Below are positions 10,021-20,269 of a stretch of 64,000 nt of DNA, one piece after another; positions within the stretch are counted from its first letter, which is position 1, and every line of letters starts with the position of its first letter. The notes under the pieces are model-generated. The model saw only the letters and a list, made by a program, of their open reading frames with translations. It did no database searches and was not told the origin of the DNA. Position numbers and translations under genes: made by a program. The stretch lies in NCBI GenBank assembly GCA_047602425.1, contig JASGHG010000001.1, positions 704,001 to 768,000 on the forward strand. Direction: 5' to 3'. Source of the DNA: Nibricoccus sp. (lineage in GTDB: Bacteria > Verrucomicrobiota > Verrucomicrobiia > Opitutales > Opitutaceae).

Positions 10021-11334
10021 TCAAATGGAAATCTTGATGCCTTTTCGGAGGTACGTCGGCACATCGAGGTCCTGTCCTTCGAAGAGATTGCGGTCGGTTT
10101 TATCGAAAAATCCGCGACTCTCGATTTCGCCGAAGGCAAACAATTCCTCCTGATCGGCCGTTGCTTTCGGCTGCGATTTGGAGGCGGTGGTTTTGCCAGC
10201 CGTGGCAGGCGCAGGCGTCACCGTGGCGGTAGCTGCGACGGCGGTGGACAAGCGCGGCTGCTCTTCAAAGGGGAAACTCGTGGGCGATGCAGACGCTTTC
10301 GGTTTCTGCGCCGATGCTGGACGCCGTGCCACTACGCCGCGTCCGCCAATCTCGGTTGTGCCGAGCACGCAGACTTCGACTTGATTTTGCAGACTCTCGT
10401 CGATCACGGCACCCATGATGATGTGCGAGTCGCGGCCAAATTGCTCGGTCACAGCCGTCATGATCTCGTTGACCTTCGGAAGCGTCAGATCGGTGCCACC
10501 CACGATGTTGACGAGGATGCGGTCGGCCTTGCGCGAAAACTCCGGCGTGTGCAGCAGCGGGCAGAGTTTCAAACTCTCGATCGCCTGCGAAACGGCGTTT
10601 TCGCCCGAACCATTACCCAGGCCGAAAAGGGTTTTACCACCGCGCTGATAGAACGCCTGACGCAGTGTCGCAAAGTCCAGATTGATCAAGCCGGTGCGAA
10701 ACATCATCGCCCAGATCGAACGGACCGCGCGGCCAATCCATTCGTCGGCGCGGGCGAAGGAATCAAGCGCCGTTTCATTTTCCTCTGCCTCTTGAAGAAG
10801 CATGTCGTTGGGCAGCGGAATAACGGCGTCGCAACAGCGCCGCAGCGCTTGCAGCCCTTCTTCGGCTTGTTTCACGCGACGTCCGCCTTCAAAGGTGAAT
10901 GGCATCGTCACAAACGAAATCACAAGTGCGCCCGCCTCCGACGCCACTTCGGCCACGACCGGTGCCGCACCGCTGCCAGTGCCGCCGCCCATGCCGGCAA
11001 TGAGAAATACGAGATCGCAGCCTTTCACGATCGCGGCGATTTTTTCGCGATCAGCCTCAGCCGCTTCGCGTCCAAGATCAGGATCGCCACCGGCGCCCAG
11101 GCCGCGGGTCACGGAGGTGCCGATAAGGACTTTGTCCTGCACCGGCGACGTGGAGAGGGCCTGATAGTCGGTGTTGATCACCGCCATTTGCAGGCGCTCA
11201 AGATTTTCCATCTTGAGTCGGTCGACGGCATTGGAGCCGGCGCCGCCTACGCCGATCAATTTGATCGCGATGCTGCGGTCGGCCAGCGCCTCGGTGGTCA
11301 GGGGAAGCTCGTTGGGATTCATGTTCGATTGCAT
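10021..11334 (-). CDS. ftsZ: Cell division protein FtsZ
   Basis: GVGGAGSNAV, INTD, GLGAGGDP, GMGGGTGSG, PFTFEG, C-terminal DLDVPTYLRK. Start could be 11334 or 11322. Confidence 0.97.
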   Translation of the reverse strand: MQSNMNPNELPLTTEALADRSIAIKLIGVGGAGSNAVDRLKMENLERLQMAVINTDYQALSTSPVQDKVLIGTSVTRGLGAGGDPDLGREAAEADREKIAAIVKGCDLVFLIAGMGGGTGSGAAPVVAEVASEAGALVISFVTMPFTFEGGRRVKQAEEGLQALRRCCDAVIPLPNDMLLQEAEENETALDSFARADEWIGRAVRSIWAMMFRTGLINLDFATLRQAFYQRGGKTLFGLGNGSGENAVSQAIESLKLCPLLHTPEFSRKADRILVNIVGGTDLTLPKVNEIMTAVTEQFGRDSHIIMGAVIDESLQNQVEVCVLGTTEIGGRGVVARRPASAQKPKASASPTSFPFEEQPRLSTAVAATATVTPAPATAGKTTASKSQPKATADQEELFAFGEIESRGFFDKTDRNLFEGQDLDVPTYLRKGIKISI

Positions 11335-11339
11335 GGCGC

Positions 11340-12551
11340 TCAAGCGTTGGCGAACAGGCGGCTGAAGAACCCTGCGCTGCGACGACGGCTGGACGAAGCA
11401 GCCGCCTCGGCGCTGGAGTTAAGTCCGAAATACAGCAATCCGAGCGCCGTACTGAAGCCCGGGTCACGCAGGTTTTCGTTGATGTAACCGGGCGTTTCGC
11501 CCAACCGGGCCGTAGTACCAAAAACCTTGGCCGCGGCCTCGGCGATGCCGGGCAGTTTCGAGGTGCCGCCGGTCAGCACCACTCCCGCCGCGGTGCGTTC
11601 GGGCACAAAGGTCATGCCGAGTTTTTTCTTCACGACTTCAAAAATTTCCCAGACGCGCGCCGACGTGATCTGTTCGATCGCCTGGCGCGGAAATTGCCGG
11701 TCGCCGATGGCGAAATCGCCATTGAGCCAGACTTTGTCGCTCTTGTCGCGGGCGGTGACGGTGCCACGGCCAAAACGGATTTTAAGTTTTTCCGCCTGTC
11801 CCTCGGTTAGACGCAAACCGAGGCTGAGATCGTTGGTCACATGACCGCCGCCGACGGAAACCACGCCGGTGGTGTAAGCGCAGCCGTCGTAATAGAGCAC
11901 ATAGTCGGTCGTACCGCCGCCGATATCGATGACGAGCACACCATTTTGCCTGTCTTCCGCGGAGGTCACCATCGTGCCCGTGGCGAGGCTGGACAAAATC
12001 AGTTCCGCCACCGGGACGTTGAAGCCGCGGATCACATGAATGTTATCGGCGATTTTATTTTCCTGACCATGAACCGTCCAATATCCTACCTCCAAACGAT
12101 GCCCGACCAAATGCTCCGGATCCGGCACGAGACGCCCATCGAGGCGGAATGGCCGGCGGATGTTGTGCACGACCATGCGCCCCTCGGGCAGCGCCTTGCC
12201 TTTCGCAAGGCGACAGACGGTGTCGATATCGACGGTGCTCACCATGTTGTCGGCGGCGGAAACGTTAACCGCAGCCTCATTGTAGAAGCCTTCCAGGTGG
12301 CCGCCGGTTTGGGCGAGATAAACCTCGTCGATGCGGACGCCTGCGTTGCTCTCAGCCGCGAGAAGTGCGCTGTGCGTCGCGTCGCTTGCCGAGCGAAAAT
12401 CCATGACCGAGCCCTTGACTACGCCACGCGACTGGCATTCGCCAAAACCGATGATGCTGAGACTGCGGCCTTGCGACAGCTCGCCGATCAGCACGGTGAC
12501 TTTCGAGGTGCCGATTTCGACGGCACCGATGTATTTGGTTCTAGAGCTCAC
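11340..12551 (-). CDS. ftsA: Cell division protein FtsA
   Basis: EIGTSKV, IDIGGGTT, GGGHVTNDL, AEKLK, VLTGGTS; GTG start at 12551 overlapping the ftsQ end. Confidence 0.95.
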   Translation of the reverse strand: MSSRTKYIGAVEIGTSKVTVLIGELSQGRSLSIIGFGECQSRGVVKGSVMDFRSASDATHSALLAAESNAGVRIDEVYLAQTGGHLEGFYNEAAVNVSAADNMVSTVDIDTVCRLAKGKALPEGRMVVHNIRRPFRLDGRLVPDPEHLVGHRLEVGYWTVHGQENKIADNIHVIRGFNVPVAELILSSLATGTMVTSAEDRQNGVLVIDIGGGTTDYVLYYDGCAYTTGVVSVGGGHVTNDLSLGLRLTEGQAEKLKIRFGRGTVTARDKSDKVWLNGDFAIGDRQFPRQAIEQITSARVWEIFEVVKKKLGMTFVPERTAAGVVLTGGTSKLPGIAEAAAKVFGTTARLGETPGYINENLRDPGFSTALGLLYFGLNSSAEAAASSSRRRSAGFFSRLFANA

Positions 12552-13593
12552 GAGAGGGAAAAGTAATGGCGGTGAAAAGTACGTTGCGCGGCGGCGTGGC
12601 GCGGACAGAGGGCGCCTCCACCGGCGGTCTTGTCGGTGCCGAACGGTTTGTGCCAGTGCCTGCCGGCTGGACGGCTGGCGTGCCGAAGACGACAGGGACC
12701 TGTGCCCCACCCTTCATTTCGCCAAGCGCGAGGTTGACCGATACGGCTGGGTTCTCCGCCTGAATGCGGCCTTCGGCGACGATCATGTCGAGCATGGCGA
12801 TCTGCCGGTGAAAATCCCCAACCTTGTCGCGCGTACCAAAAACGATCTCCTTGATTTCCTTTGAACGCACGATGATGAAACCGTCGGCCTCGAAGCGCGC
12901 AAGCGATACAACCGACCAGTTTCGGAAAAGCGCCGGAATATTCACCTGGGCGTTCATCAATAGATCAGCCACCTTGTCCATTCCGGGAACGGGCTGGAAC
13001 TGACCTTTCGTACGCTTCAGACCCACGTCGGCCAGATAAGGCAGCGAACCAATCATAGCCGGGTCGTAACAGCTGCCATCGTAAATCACGCCATCGCGGG
13101 CAACGAGCAAGTCCTTCGGCGCCGCGTCGCCCAATTGGGCATGCACACGAACCACCGGCCAGCGCTCCTCGATCATCACGACCAGAGTCGCGGGAAATTT
13201 TCTCGTGAGCACGGCGTTGCGCACCTGTCCGGTGCTCAGCAAACGCGCCTGCAACGCTGGCAGATCCAGATCCATCAGGCCGGCGTTTTTCGGGAGCGCG
13301 AGCACGCGTGTGACCCAGGCCTTGTCGAGCACGCCGTCGGAACGGGTCTCAACTGACTTGATCGGTTCGCTCTTCACCGGCGATTTGATCGCCATGGGAT
13401 TTCGTTCCCATGTATTGAAAAGTTCATACGCGCCCCACCCGCCGAGTCCGAGCGCAAACATCGCAGCCAGACTTTTCACCGTCCTCACGAGCAGACGCTT
13501 GCGACCTTCCGACGACATGGCCTTGGGCGCGATCGACTGTTGGATGTCGCGCCAGGTTCGGACTGCGGGAGAAGATGTGATGACGGTGCTCAT
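12541..13593 (-). CDS. ftsQ: Cell division protein FtsQ/DivIB
   Basis: Single N-terminal TM, POTRA motif V.RKFP.TL.V.IEER.P, position between ddl and ftsA. Confidence 0.85.
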   Translation of the reverse strand: MSTVITSSPAVRTWRDIQQSIAPKAMSSEGRKRLLVRTVKSLAAMFALGLGGWGAYELFNTWERNPMAIKSPVKSEPIKSVETRSDGVLDKAWVTRVLALPKNAGLMDLDLPALQARLLSTGQVRNAVLTRKFPATLVVMIEERWPVVRVHAQLGDAAPKDLLVARDGVIYDGSCYDPAMIGSLPYLADVGLKRTKGQFQPVPGMDKVADLLMNAQVNIPALFRNWSVVSLARFEADGFIIVRSKEIKEIVFGTRDKVGDFHRQIAMLDMIVAEGRIQAENPAVSVNLALGEMKGGAQVPVVFGTPAVQPAGTGTNRSAPTRPPVEAPSVRATPPRNVLFTAITFPSREL

Positions 13594-13597
13594 GGGC

Positions 13598-14527
13598 CTA
13601 CGATTGTGCTTTTGCGGCGTGAAAACGTTTCAAGGCGGGAGAAACCAACTCTCGGACCAAGGCTGAAAAATCGAGTCCGACACATTTCGCGCTCATCGGC
13701 AGCAGGCTGGTCTCTTTCATGCCGGGCAGCGTGTTGATTTCGAGTAAAAACAATCCGTTTTTCTCAGAAAAAATAAAATCGACGCGCGCATAGTCCCGAC
13801 AACCACACGCAGCGAACGCGGCTTCAGCTGCCGAACACACTTGCGCGGTCTGTGCGTCGCTCAAATTTGCGGGCGCGCTGTATTCCGTCATGCCCTTCGT
13901 GTACTTGCTCGTAAAATCATAGACGCCGGACTTCGGTTTAATCTCCACGATGCCCATCGCGCGACCGTTGAGCACGCCAACCGAAAGTTCGCGACCGAAA
14001 ATCCGCTGCTCGATAATCCAGTTGCCGCTCGTCACGGTCACGAGCGCTTTTTCCAGTTCCACGCGTCCGGCGATGATATGAAGCCCCACGCTGCTGCCCT
14101 GGTCGGTCGGTTTGAGCACGAGTTGCTCGTTGAGCGTAGCCAAGACTTCGTCCGCCGAAGGTTTTTTGTCAGCCGAGAAAACCATATCCTTCGCTCCGCC
14201 CACGCCTCGCTTCGCCGCGGCGCGCTTGGTCAGGACCTTGTCCATGGTCAAAGCGCTTGAGGCTGCGTCACAGCCCGCATAGTGCACACCGGCAGAATCG
14301 AGCAGGCGCTGCATGCCGCCATCTTCGCCGAATGTCCCGTGTAGGGTTGAAAACACTACATGGCGGGCCGGATTGAGTTCGTCGGGCAACTCCTCGCTCT
14401 TGATATCGAAAAGCTTCGTCGGGAAATGCCGGGCCAGCGCAAGCGCACTCGCCGCGCCGGAACCCAGGGAAACTTCGCGTTCAGCGGAAACTCCGCCGGA
14501 AAAAACAGCAATGATCGGTTCATTCAC
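13598..14527 (-). CDS. ddl: D-alanine--D-alanine ligase
   Basis: GGVSAEREVSL, LHGTFGEDG, GSSVG, YDFTSKY, RVDF, EINTLPG; GTGA overlap with the murC-murB stop. Confidence 0.96.
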   Translation of the reverse strand: MNEPIIAVFSGGVSAEREVSLGSGAASALALARHFPTKLFDIKSEELPDELNPARHVVFSTLHGTFGEDGGMQRLLDSAGVHYAGCDAASSALTMDKVLTKRAAAKRGVGGAKDMVFSADKKPSADEVLATLNEQLVLKPTDQGSSVGLHIIAGRVELEKALVTVTSGNWIIEQRIFGRELSVGVLNGRAMGIVEIKPKSGVYDFTSKYTKGMTEYSAPANLSDAQTAQVCSAAEAAFAACGCRDYARVDFIFSEKNGLFLLEINTLPGMKETSLLPMSAKCVGLDFSALVRELVSPALKRFHAAKAQS

Positions 14528-16857
14528 AGGACATCTCTCCATTCTTTTCCGTACAACAAAACCTCCGGCTCCAACCGGACACCCTTCGTCGCTTCGACGC
14601 GGGCGCGGACCCGCCGCATGAGTTCGATGATGTCCGAACTCGTGGCGTTGCCGCGGTTCACTATGAAATTTGCATGCACCGTCGACACCTCGGCGCCACC
14701 GACGCGCTCGCCCTTCAAACCAGCGGCATCGATCAACCGGCCGGCCGAATCTCCTTCGGGATTTTTGAAAACGCAGCCTGCACTCGGTTCGCGCGGTTGG
14801 CTCTTTACCCGCTTGTCACGATAGACGTCGATCTGGCGCGCGATCGCGTCGCTCTCGGAAGCCGACGCCGAACGGATCAGCGCACCGAGCGCGATCGCCT
14901 CCTGCAACTCGTCGCAATGCCGATAACCGACGTGAAGATCGGCCTTTTTCAAAATCCGCGCATCGCCGTCCCGCGTCATGAGTTGAACTTCCTCAACCAC
15001 ATCAAACATCCAGCCTCCCATGGCGCCGGCGTTCATGCGGAGCGCGCCGCCCACGTTGCCCGGGATGCCTTCAAGAAATTCGAACCCGGTCAATCCGGCC
15101 TTCGTCGCCAGGCCGCAGAGATTTTTCAAACGCAGGCCCGCGCCAACCCACACGCGACCGTTGCCCATCGGCTCGAAGGTCTGCCATGCGGGATTACCCA
15201 GTGAAATCACAAGGCCTTCCACGCCTTCGTCGGGCACGATCAAATTCGAACCGCGGCCCAGGATAAAAATCTCGATTCCACGCGTCTTCGCCTCGCGCAG
15301 TAAACCGCTCAGGTCGTCCGGCGTCGCCGGTTCGGCGTAAATGCGGGCGGGGCCGCCGACGCGCATCGTGGTTTTTTCCGCGAGCATTTCCTCACGCTTG
15401 ATTTTCGTCGCGGCGGAAACGCGCGCGCGCAACACATCGGCCAGTGCGTCCCAGCGTTTCACCGCGCGCACTTGCTGCTCGACGAGTTCGAGCCATTCGC
15501 GCGCCTGCTGGTCAATATCACCCGCACCAACAAACGCCACTAAATCGCCGCTTTTGATGTCGCTCTTGAGTCCATCGAGCATAAACGCGCCATGCCCCGG
15601 ATAATAGGCCACCGGAAGCGCGGACGCGTTGCGGCGCAATTCCGCATAGAGATCCGCGGTCGTGCCGCCTTCGACGTGCGCCTCACCCGCCGAATATACA
15701 TCCAATAGGTACAAACGGTCGGCCTGGGCCAGCGCCGCCGCAAATTCCACTTTGAATTGCGCAGTCCGGCTAAAACGGTGCGGTTGAAACACCACAAGCA
15801 GACGCCCTTTTGCCCTGCGGCGCAAACTTGTGAGCAAGGCCCGGATTTCCGCCGGATGATGTGCGTAGTCCTCAATCACCGTCAGGTCCTGCGTCGCATG
15901 CAGCACCGATTGGCGGCGCCGCACTCCCGGGTATTGCGCCAGTAGATTCTCCGAAAATTCCGCGCCCATCAAGTGGAGGGCCGCCAGCGCCGCAGTGGCA
16001 TTGCTGGCATTGAAATCGCCCATGGCCTGAACCGCGGCTTGTTTGAGCGGGAAAAGTCCGTTTAAAGCCAACTTAGTCGAACCATCGGTTTCCGACAAAA
16101 TGCTTGCGCGGTATCCACCGCTGCGCCCAAAGGTAATCACCGGGGTCGATTTGAGCTGCGCCGTCGCCCGGGCCGACAGCGCACAGGCATCGCTGACCAG
16201 CACAGCCTGGCGCGTGCGGCCGAAGAGCGCCACAAATGTGGCCTCCAGATCCTCCAATTGGCGATAGTGGTCAGGATGATCCCAATCGAGGTTCACCGCC
16301 ACGGTGATCTCGGGGGAAAACCGCTCGATCGTGCCGTCGCTCTCGTCGATTTCCGCAACAACCCATTCATTAGAACCAATGCGGGCCGGAGCCACATTCT
16401 CGTCGTTAAACAGGCCGCCCAGCACGTAACCCGCGGAGAAACCAGCCCGGCGCAGCGCCGTGACAAGCATCGCGCACGTGGTCGTTTTGCCATGGGAACC
16501 GCATACGGCCACTAGCTTCTTCTCGCGCACGATTTCCGCCAGAAATTCACCGCGGCGCACGAGTTGAATTTGTCTCTCGCGAGCCGTGATATGCGTCGGG
16601 TGTTTCGGCGAGATGGCCGAGGAGCACACGACCAATTCGCATTTCTCCGGCAATCCTCCAGCGGGAGTCAGGGTGATTTTTTCCCGTTCGAGCTGCAACA
16701 GCATCGCCTCGGTCATGCCATCGTCTTCGCCACTGACTTGAAAACCGAGCTGAGCGACATAGATCGCCAACGGTCCCATGCCCATTCCTCCGATGCCGAC
16801 GAAATGAACCGACGCTATGTCGCGGGAATAGATTTTCGGCAATGGTATGCGTCTCAT
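14524..16857 (-). CDS. murC-murB: MurC-MurB fusion (L-alanine ligase plus enolpyruvyl reductase)
   Basis: N-part: GIGGMGM, GSHGKTTT, EIDESD, DYAHHP, FQPHR. C-part: GRGSNL, GIPG.VGG..MNAGA, SAGCVFKNP, HANFIVN, LEPEV. One continuous 777-aa ORF. Confidence 0.95.
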   Translation of the reverse strand: MRRIPLPKIYSRDIASVHFVGIGGMGMGPLAIYVAQLGFQVSGEDDGMTEAMLLQLEREKITLTPAGGLPEKCELVVCSSAISPKHPTHITARERQIQLVRRGEFLAEIVREKKLVAVCGSHGKTTTCAMLVTALRRAGFSAGYVLGGLFNDENVAPARIGSNEWVVAEIDESDGTIERFSPEITVAVNLDWDHPDHYRQLEDLEATFVALFGRTRQAVLVSDACALSARATAQLKSTPVITFGRSGGYRASILSETDGSTKLALNGLFPLKQAAVQAMGDFNASNATAALAALHLMGAEFSENLLAQYPGVRRRQSVLHATQDLTVIEDYAHHPAEIRALLTSLRRRAKGRLLVVFQPHRFSRTAQFKVEFAAALAQADRLYLLDVYSAGEAHVEGGTTADLYAELRRNASALPVAYYPGHGAFMLDGLKSDIKSGDLVAFVGAGDIDQQAREWLELVEQQVRAVKRWDALADVLRARVSAATKIKREEMLAEKTTMRVGGPARIYAEPATPDDLSGLLREAKTRGIEIFILGRGSNLIVPDEGVEGLVISLGNPAWQTFEPMGNGRVWVGAGLRLKNLCGLATKAGLTGFEFLEGIPGNVGGALRMNAGAMGGWMFDVVEEVQLMTRDGDARILKKADLHVGYRHCDELQEAIALGALIRSASASESDAIARQIDVYRDKRVKSQPREPSAGCVFKNPEGDSAGRLIDAAGLKGERVGGAEVSTVHANFIVNRGNATSSDIIELMRRVRARVEATKGVRLEPEVLLYGKEWRDVL

Positions 16858-17987
16858 GTCGTCAAGCGGGGGGTTGGTCGCGCGAGTTCGGGTCCGGTTC
16901 CGCGAGAAGTCATCTCTTCAAGGTCATTGAGCATTTCGTCGATGGCGTTCGCACGATCCATGCGTTCCAGGTTCGCGCGAAATTTGTTCATCAACCAGTC
17001 GTTGAAAAGCACGTCTTTCACCTCGCCGTGCAGGTCATTCATGCGCTCCTGCGCGATCACAAGGCCGCCGCCCTGCATTTCGAAATAGCGGGCGTTTGCC
17101 CACTGGTGATTGTCGGCAGCGTGTGGATAGGGAATGAGAATAGCCGGCGTGGTGCAGCGAATGAGCTCGGCAATGGTGCCGGCGCCAGCACGGGAAACGA
17201 CAAGGTCCGACGCCGACATCAACGCGCCCATCCGATCGCAAAAAGGTATGAACAGCGCCTTGATCGGTTCACCGGTGCGTGTGCGCAATTCGCGCACTTC
17301 CGCCTCGCGCTTTCCCAAACCGGTTACGCAGCAGACTTGCACGCCCTCAAGCGCCAGCGCCTCGGCTTGTTCATAGGCCCAATTGTTGAGCGATGTCGCA
17401 CCCTGGCTGCCGCCGAGAATGGTGAGCATCTTGAAACGTGGATCGAGACCGAAACTTTGGCGCGCCGTTTCAAGGGGCGTGCGCTCAATTTCCTTCCTCA
17501 CCGGCAAGCCCATGTGGCGTATCGCCGCCGGCGAAACAGCGCCCATGTGAATGCCCGGTGGCAAATACACGCGACGTGCCAGCCGTCCGAGCAGCCGGAT
17601 CGCACGGCCTGGCACACGGTTCGCCTCATGCAGAACCACCGGTACTTTGAACATTGCGCCCGCGACGATCACGCTCGCCGTGGTAAACCCGCCGAAGCCC
17701 ACGACGCCGTCGGGGCGTTGCTTGCGCACCAGGTTGATCCCGATAAAGAACGCCGACGTCTGCTTGAAGACGAACCGGAAAAAACCGACAGGATGCAGCG
17801 AAAAAGGCGCGCTGGGAATGCGCCGGAATGTGAGGTGCGAATATTTTTCGATCAGCCGCGCGTCGACTTTTTTGTTCGAGATCAAAAGGGTCGCCTGATG
17901 CCCCCGCGCGACCAGCGCCTCGCCGAGCGCGATGCCCGGCGAAAGATGTCCACCCGTGCCGCCGCAGGAAATCAGGAATCGCTTCAC
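16854..17987 (-). CDS. murG: MurG GlcNAc transferase
   Basis: GGTGGH, GFGGF, HEAN, GGSQGA, SRAGAGTIAE, HQ.ANA. Confidence 0.96.
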   Translation of the reverse strand: MKRFLISCGGTGGHLSPGIALGEALVARGHQATLLISNKKVDARLIEKYSHLTFRRIPSAPFSLHPVGFFRFVFKQTSAFFIGINLVRKQRPDGVVGFGGFTTASVIVAGAMFKVPVVLHEANRVPGRAIRLLGRLARRVYLPPGIHMGAVSPAAIRHMGLPVRKEIERTPLETARQSFGLDPRFKMLTILGGSQGATSLNNWAYEQAEALALEGVQVCCVTGLGKREAEVRELRTRTGEPIKALFIPFCDRMGALMSASDLVVSRAGAGTIAELIRCTTPAILIPYPHAADNHQWANARYFEMQGGGLVIAQERMNDLHGEVKDVLFNDWLMNKFRANLERMDRANAIDEMLNDLEEMTSRGTGPELARPTPRLTT

Positions 17988-17988
17988 C

Positions 17989-19149
17989 TCAGGTGACCTC
18001 CGTCATTCTGCGGTCCTGGCCTGACAACGCGCGTGGCCAGGAACGCTGGGTGTTGACGATTATTCCCACGAGAAGCCCCATGAGGAGTAGATTCGAAAGT
18101 CCCGCGCTGACGAACGGCAGCGACATGCCTTTCGTGGGAAAAATCCCCGTGACGACACCCAGGTTGATGATCGCCTGGATGCAGATGAGCAGCAAACAAC
18201 CAGTCACAAGAAGGAATTGGAAAAGGTTCGGCGCGCGACGCAGGTGGATGAGTCCTGCGACAAAAATGACCGCGAACAATCCCACCACCGCGAGCGTGAA
18301 GCACAATCCGAGTTCTTCGCCCATCACCGCAAAAATGAAGTCGGTATGAGCCTCGGGGAGGAAGTTGAGCTGCTGGCGCCCCTGCCCCAGCCCGACACCC
18401 GTGGTGCCGCCCGCGGCAAATGCCGCAAGCGATTGGTAAAGTTGATAAGTGCCTGCGCTCTTGTTGCCTTCAACGTCGAGGAAGGCCACAAAACGGCGCA
18501 AGCGATTTGGATTGTGAATGACCAGCACCGCAAACACCACCGCGGCCGAGGCCACTGTCGGCAAAATGTACCGCCAATGCGCGCCGGCGAGAAACAGGAG
18601 AATCAGGCCGATCGAAAGAATCAGCGCCGCCGTGCCAAAGTCGGGTTCGAGAATAACCAGTCCCGCAAAAGCTCCGACTATAACCAGCGGATAGATATAG
18701 CCACGCTTCAACTCGTGAATTTTCGTCTGATTGATCGCCAGGTAGTGTGCGAGGCAGAACACCATCGCGAGCTTGGCGAACTCCGAAACCTGCAATCGGA
18801 GCGACCCATAGCCAAGCCAGCGACGGCTGCCTTTCACGGAAATTCCCAGATGCGGAACCAAAACCAGCGCGAGCAACACGAGCGAGACAATGCCAATCGG
18901 CCACACGTGCTTACGCAGCGACTCAAGATCGACGCGGCTCACCACAAAGGCCAGCACCGTGGCCAACACAAGGCCTATCACCTGTTTGTTCAGATAGTAG
19001 TATGGCCCCTGCTTAAACCATGCACTAGCACTAAACAAGGTGATGAGCCCGAGGATGGCCAGGCCGATCACGCACACCACGATCACCGCGGCGGGATTGA
19101 TCTGAAACCGTCCACGAGGTTGCTCCTCGGTCAGGGTGATGCTGGTCAT
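17989..19149 (-). CDS. ftsW: SEDS peptidoglycan polymerase FtsW
   Basis: GSRRWL, QVSEFAK, EPDFGT, LPEAHTDFIF, PTKGMSLPFVS.G. Confidence 0.96.
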   Translation of the reverse strand: MTSITLTEEQPRGRFQINPAAVIVVCVIGLAILGLITLFSASAWFKQGPYYYLNKQVIGLVLATVLAFVVSRVDLESLRKHVWPIGIVSLVLLALVLVPHLGISVKGSRRWLGYGSLRLQVSEFAKLAMVFCLAHYLAINQTKIHELKRGYIYPLVIVGAFAGLVILEPDFGTAALILSIGLILLFLAGAHWRYILPTVASAAVVFAVLVIHNPNRLRRFVAFLDVEGNKSAGTYQLYQSLAAFAAGGTTGVGLGQGRQQLNFLPEAHTDFIFAVMGEELGLCFTLAVVGLFAVIFVAGLIHLRRAPNLFQFLLVTGCLLLICIQAIINLGVVTGIFPTKGMSLPFVSAGLSNLLLMGLLVGIIVNTQRSWPRALSGQDRRMTEVT

Positions 19150-19173
19150 CGGCGTGGGATCGTCGTGTTGAAA

Positions 19174-20238
19174 TTACGGATTCGGAGCAACGGGCGTGAC
19201 AGGGGTGGATTCCTCCACTTTCACGACCGGCGGCGCTTCGGCCGGCGCCACAGGGCTCGCCTCGGAGGCGGGCGGCGGAGTGACGGGATTCTCAACCGGC
19301 GTGGCCGGAGCCACCGGCGTCTGTTCGGCCGGCGGAGTCACCGCGGGTTCCGCAGCTCCCGGCGTTTTCACACCGGGAATGATCAATTTCTGGCCAGCAC
19401 GAATATTTTTTGGATCAGAAATCTGGTTCGCAAAGGCGATTTCGCGCTGCGGCACGCCGTACTTACGCGCAATTTGCTGAAGGCCTTCGCCGGGCAACAC
19501 GATGTGTTCGACGCTGCCGGTGGGCGCGGCCACCGTTGAACTTGGAACAACCGGCGGCGCAGAGACCGTCGACGCGGTGGAGCCCGCACTCTTTCCAGAA
19601 GCCGGAAGAACGAGTTCCTGGCCGGCGCGCACGGTGTCGCTTTTGAGATCGGGATTGAGCGAACGAATATCCGCCACCGTGGTGCCCTGCTTGCGGGCAA
19701 TCACGCCCAGCGAATCGCCCGCCTTCACCGTGTACATACGAGTGCCGGAAGGCGCCGCACCTGCTTTGGGGGACTTACCGGGGACGATCAGCTTCTGACC
19801 GACCTTGAGCGGCGTGTTCGGACGCAGACCATTGGCCTTGGCAAGGTCTTCAACGCCCAAACCGTGCTTTTTCGCAATCTTCCAGAGGCTGTCGTTGGGT
19901 TGGACTTTGTAGGTGGAGGCTGGTGTCACACCGGTAACCTCGGAACTTTGCAGAACGCCGGCGGCGGAGGAGCCGGGCCGCGTCGGATTGTAACGCTGGC
20001 TGTTGAAGGATACCTGGGGCATTCCTTCGGGCGCGGGAGTTTCGGTGCCAGCCACCGCGCCAGCAGAATCGACCGGAGCGCCGGGATAGCTCACGCTGGG
20101 TGCGGCCGTGCCGGTTTCCGGCGCGGGCTCCTTGGGAGCGGGACGCGATTTGGTGCTGCACCCCGGAATCGCGAAGACGAACATGAAGACGGCGGCATGG
20201 ACGGCCACGACAACGCCGAATATTTTCAGGATTTTCAT
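19174..20238 (-). CDS. LysM peptidoglycan-binding protein (3 LysM domains), possible lipoprotein
   Basis: Hydrophobic N-terminus ending in IPGC; three Y/H.V..(G/N)(D/E).L..IA.K.G LysM repeats; Pro-rich linkers. Confidence 0.9.
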   Translation of the reverse strand: MKILKIFGVVVAVHAAVFMFVFAIPGCSTKSRPAPKEPAPETGTAAPSVSYPGAPVDSAGAVAGTETPAPEGMPQVSFNSQRYNPTRPGSSAAGVLQSSEVTGVTPASTYKVQPNDSLWKIAKKHGLGVEDLAKANGLRPNTPLKVGQKLIVPGKSPKAGAAPSGTRMYTVKAGDSLGVIARKQGTTVADIRSLNPDLKSDTVRAGQELVLPASGKSAGSTASTVSAPPVVPSSTVAAPTGSVEHIVLPGEGLQQIARKYGVPQREIAFANQISDPKNIRAGQKLIIPGVKTPGAAEPAVTPPAEQTPVAPATPVENPVTPPPASEASPVAPAEAPPVVKVEESTPVTPVAPNP

Positions 20239-20269
20239 AGGCAGGTTTTGGGTTTAAAAATTGGTTCGT

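Noticed and set aside
12552..12710. N-terminal extension of the ftsA ORF
   Set aside because: Lies inside ftsQ; FtsA similarity begins at GTG 12551.
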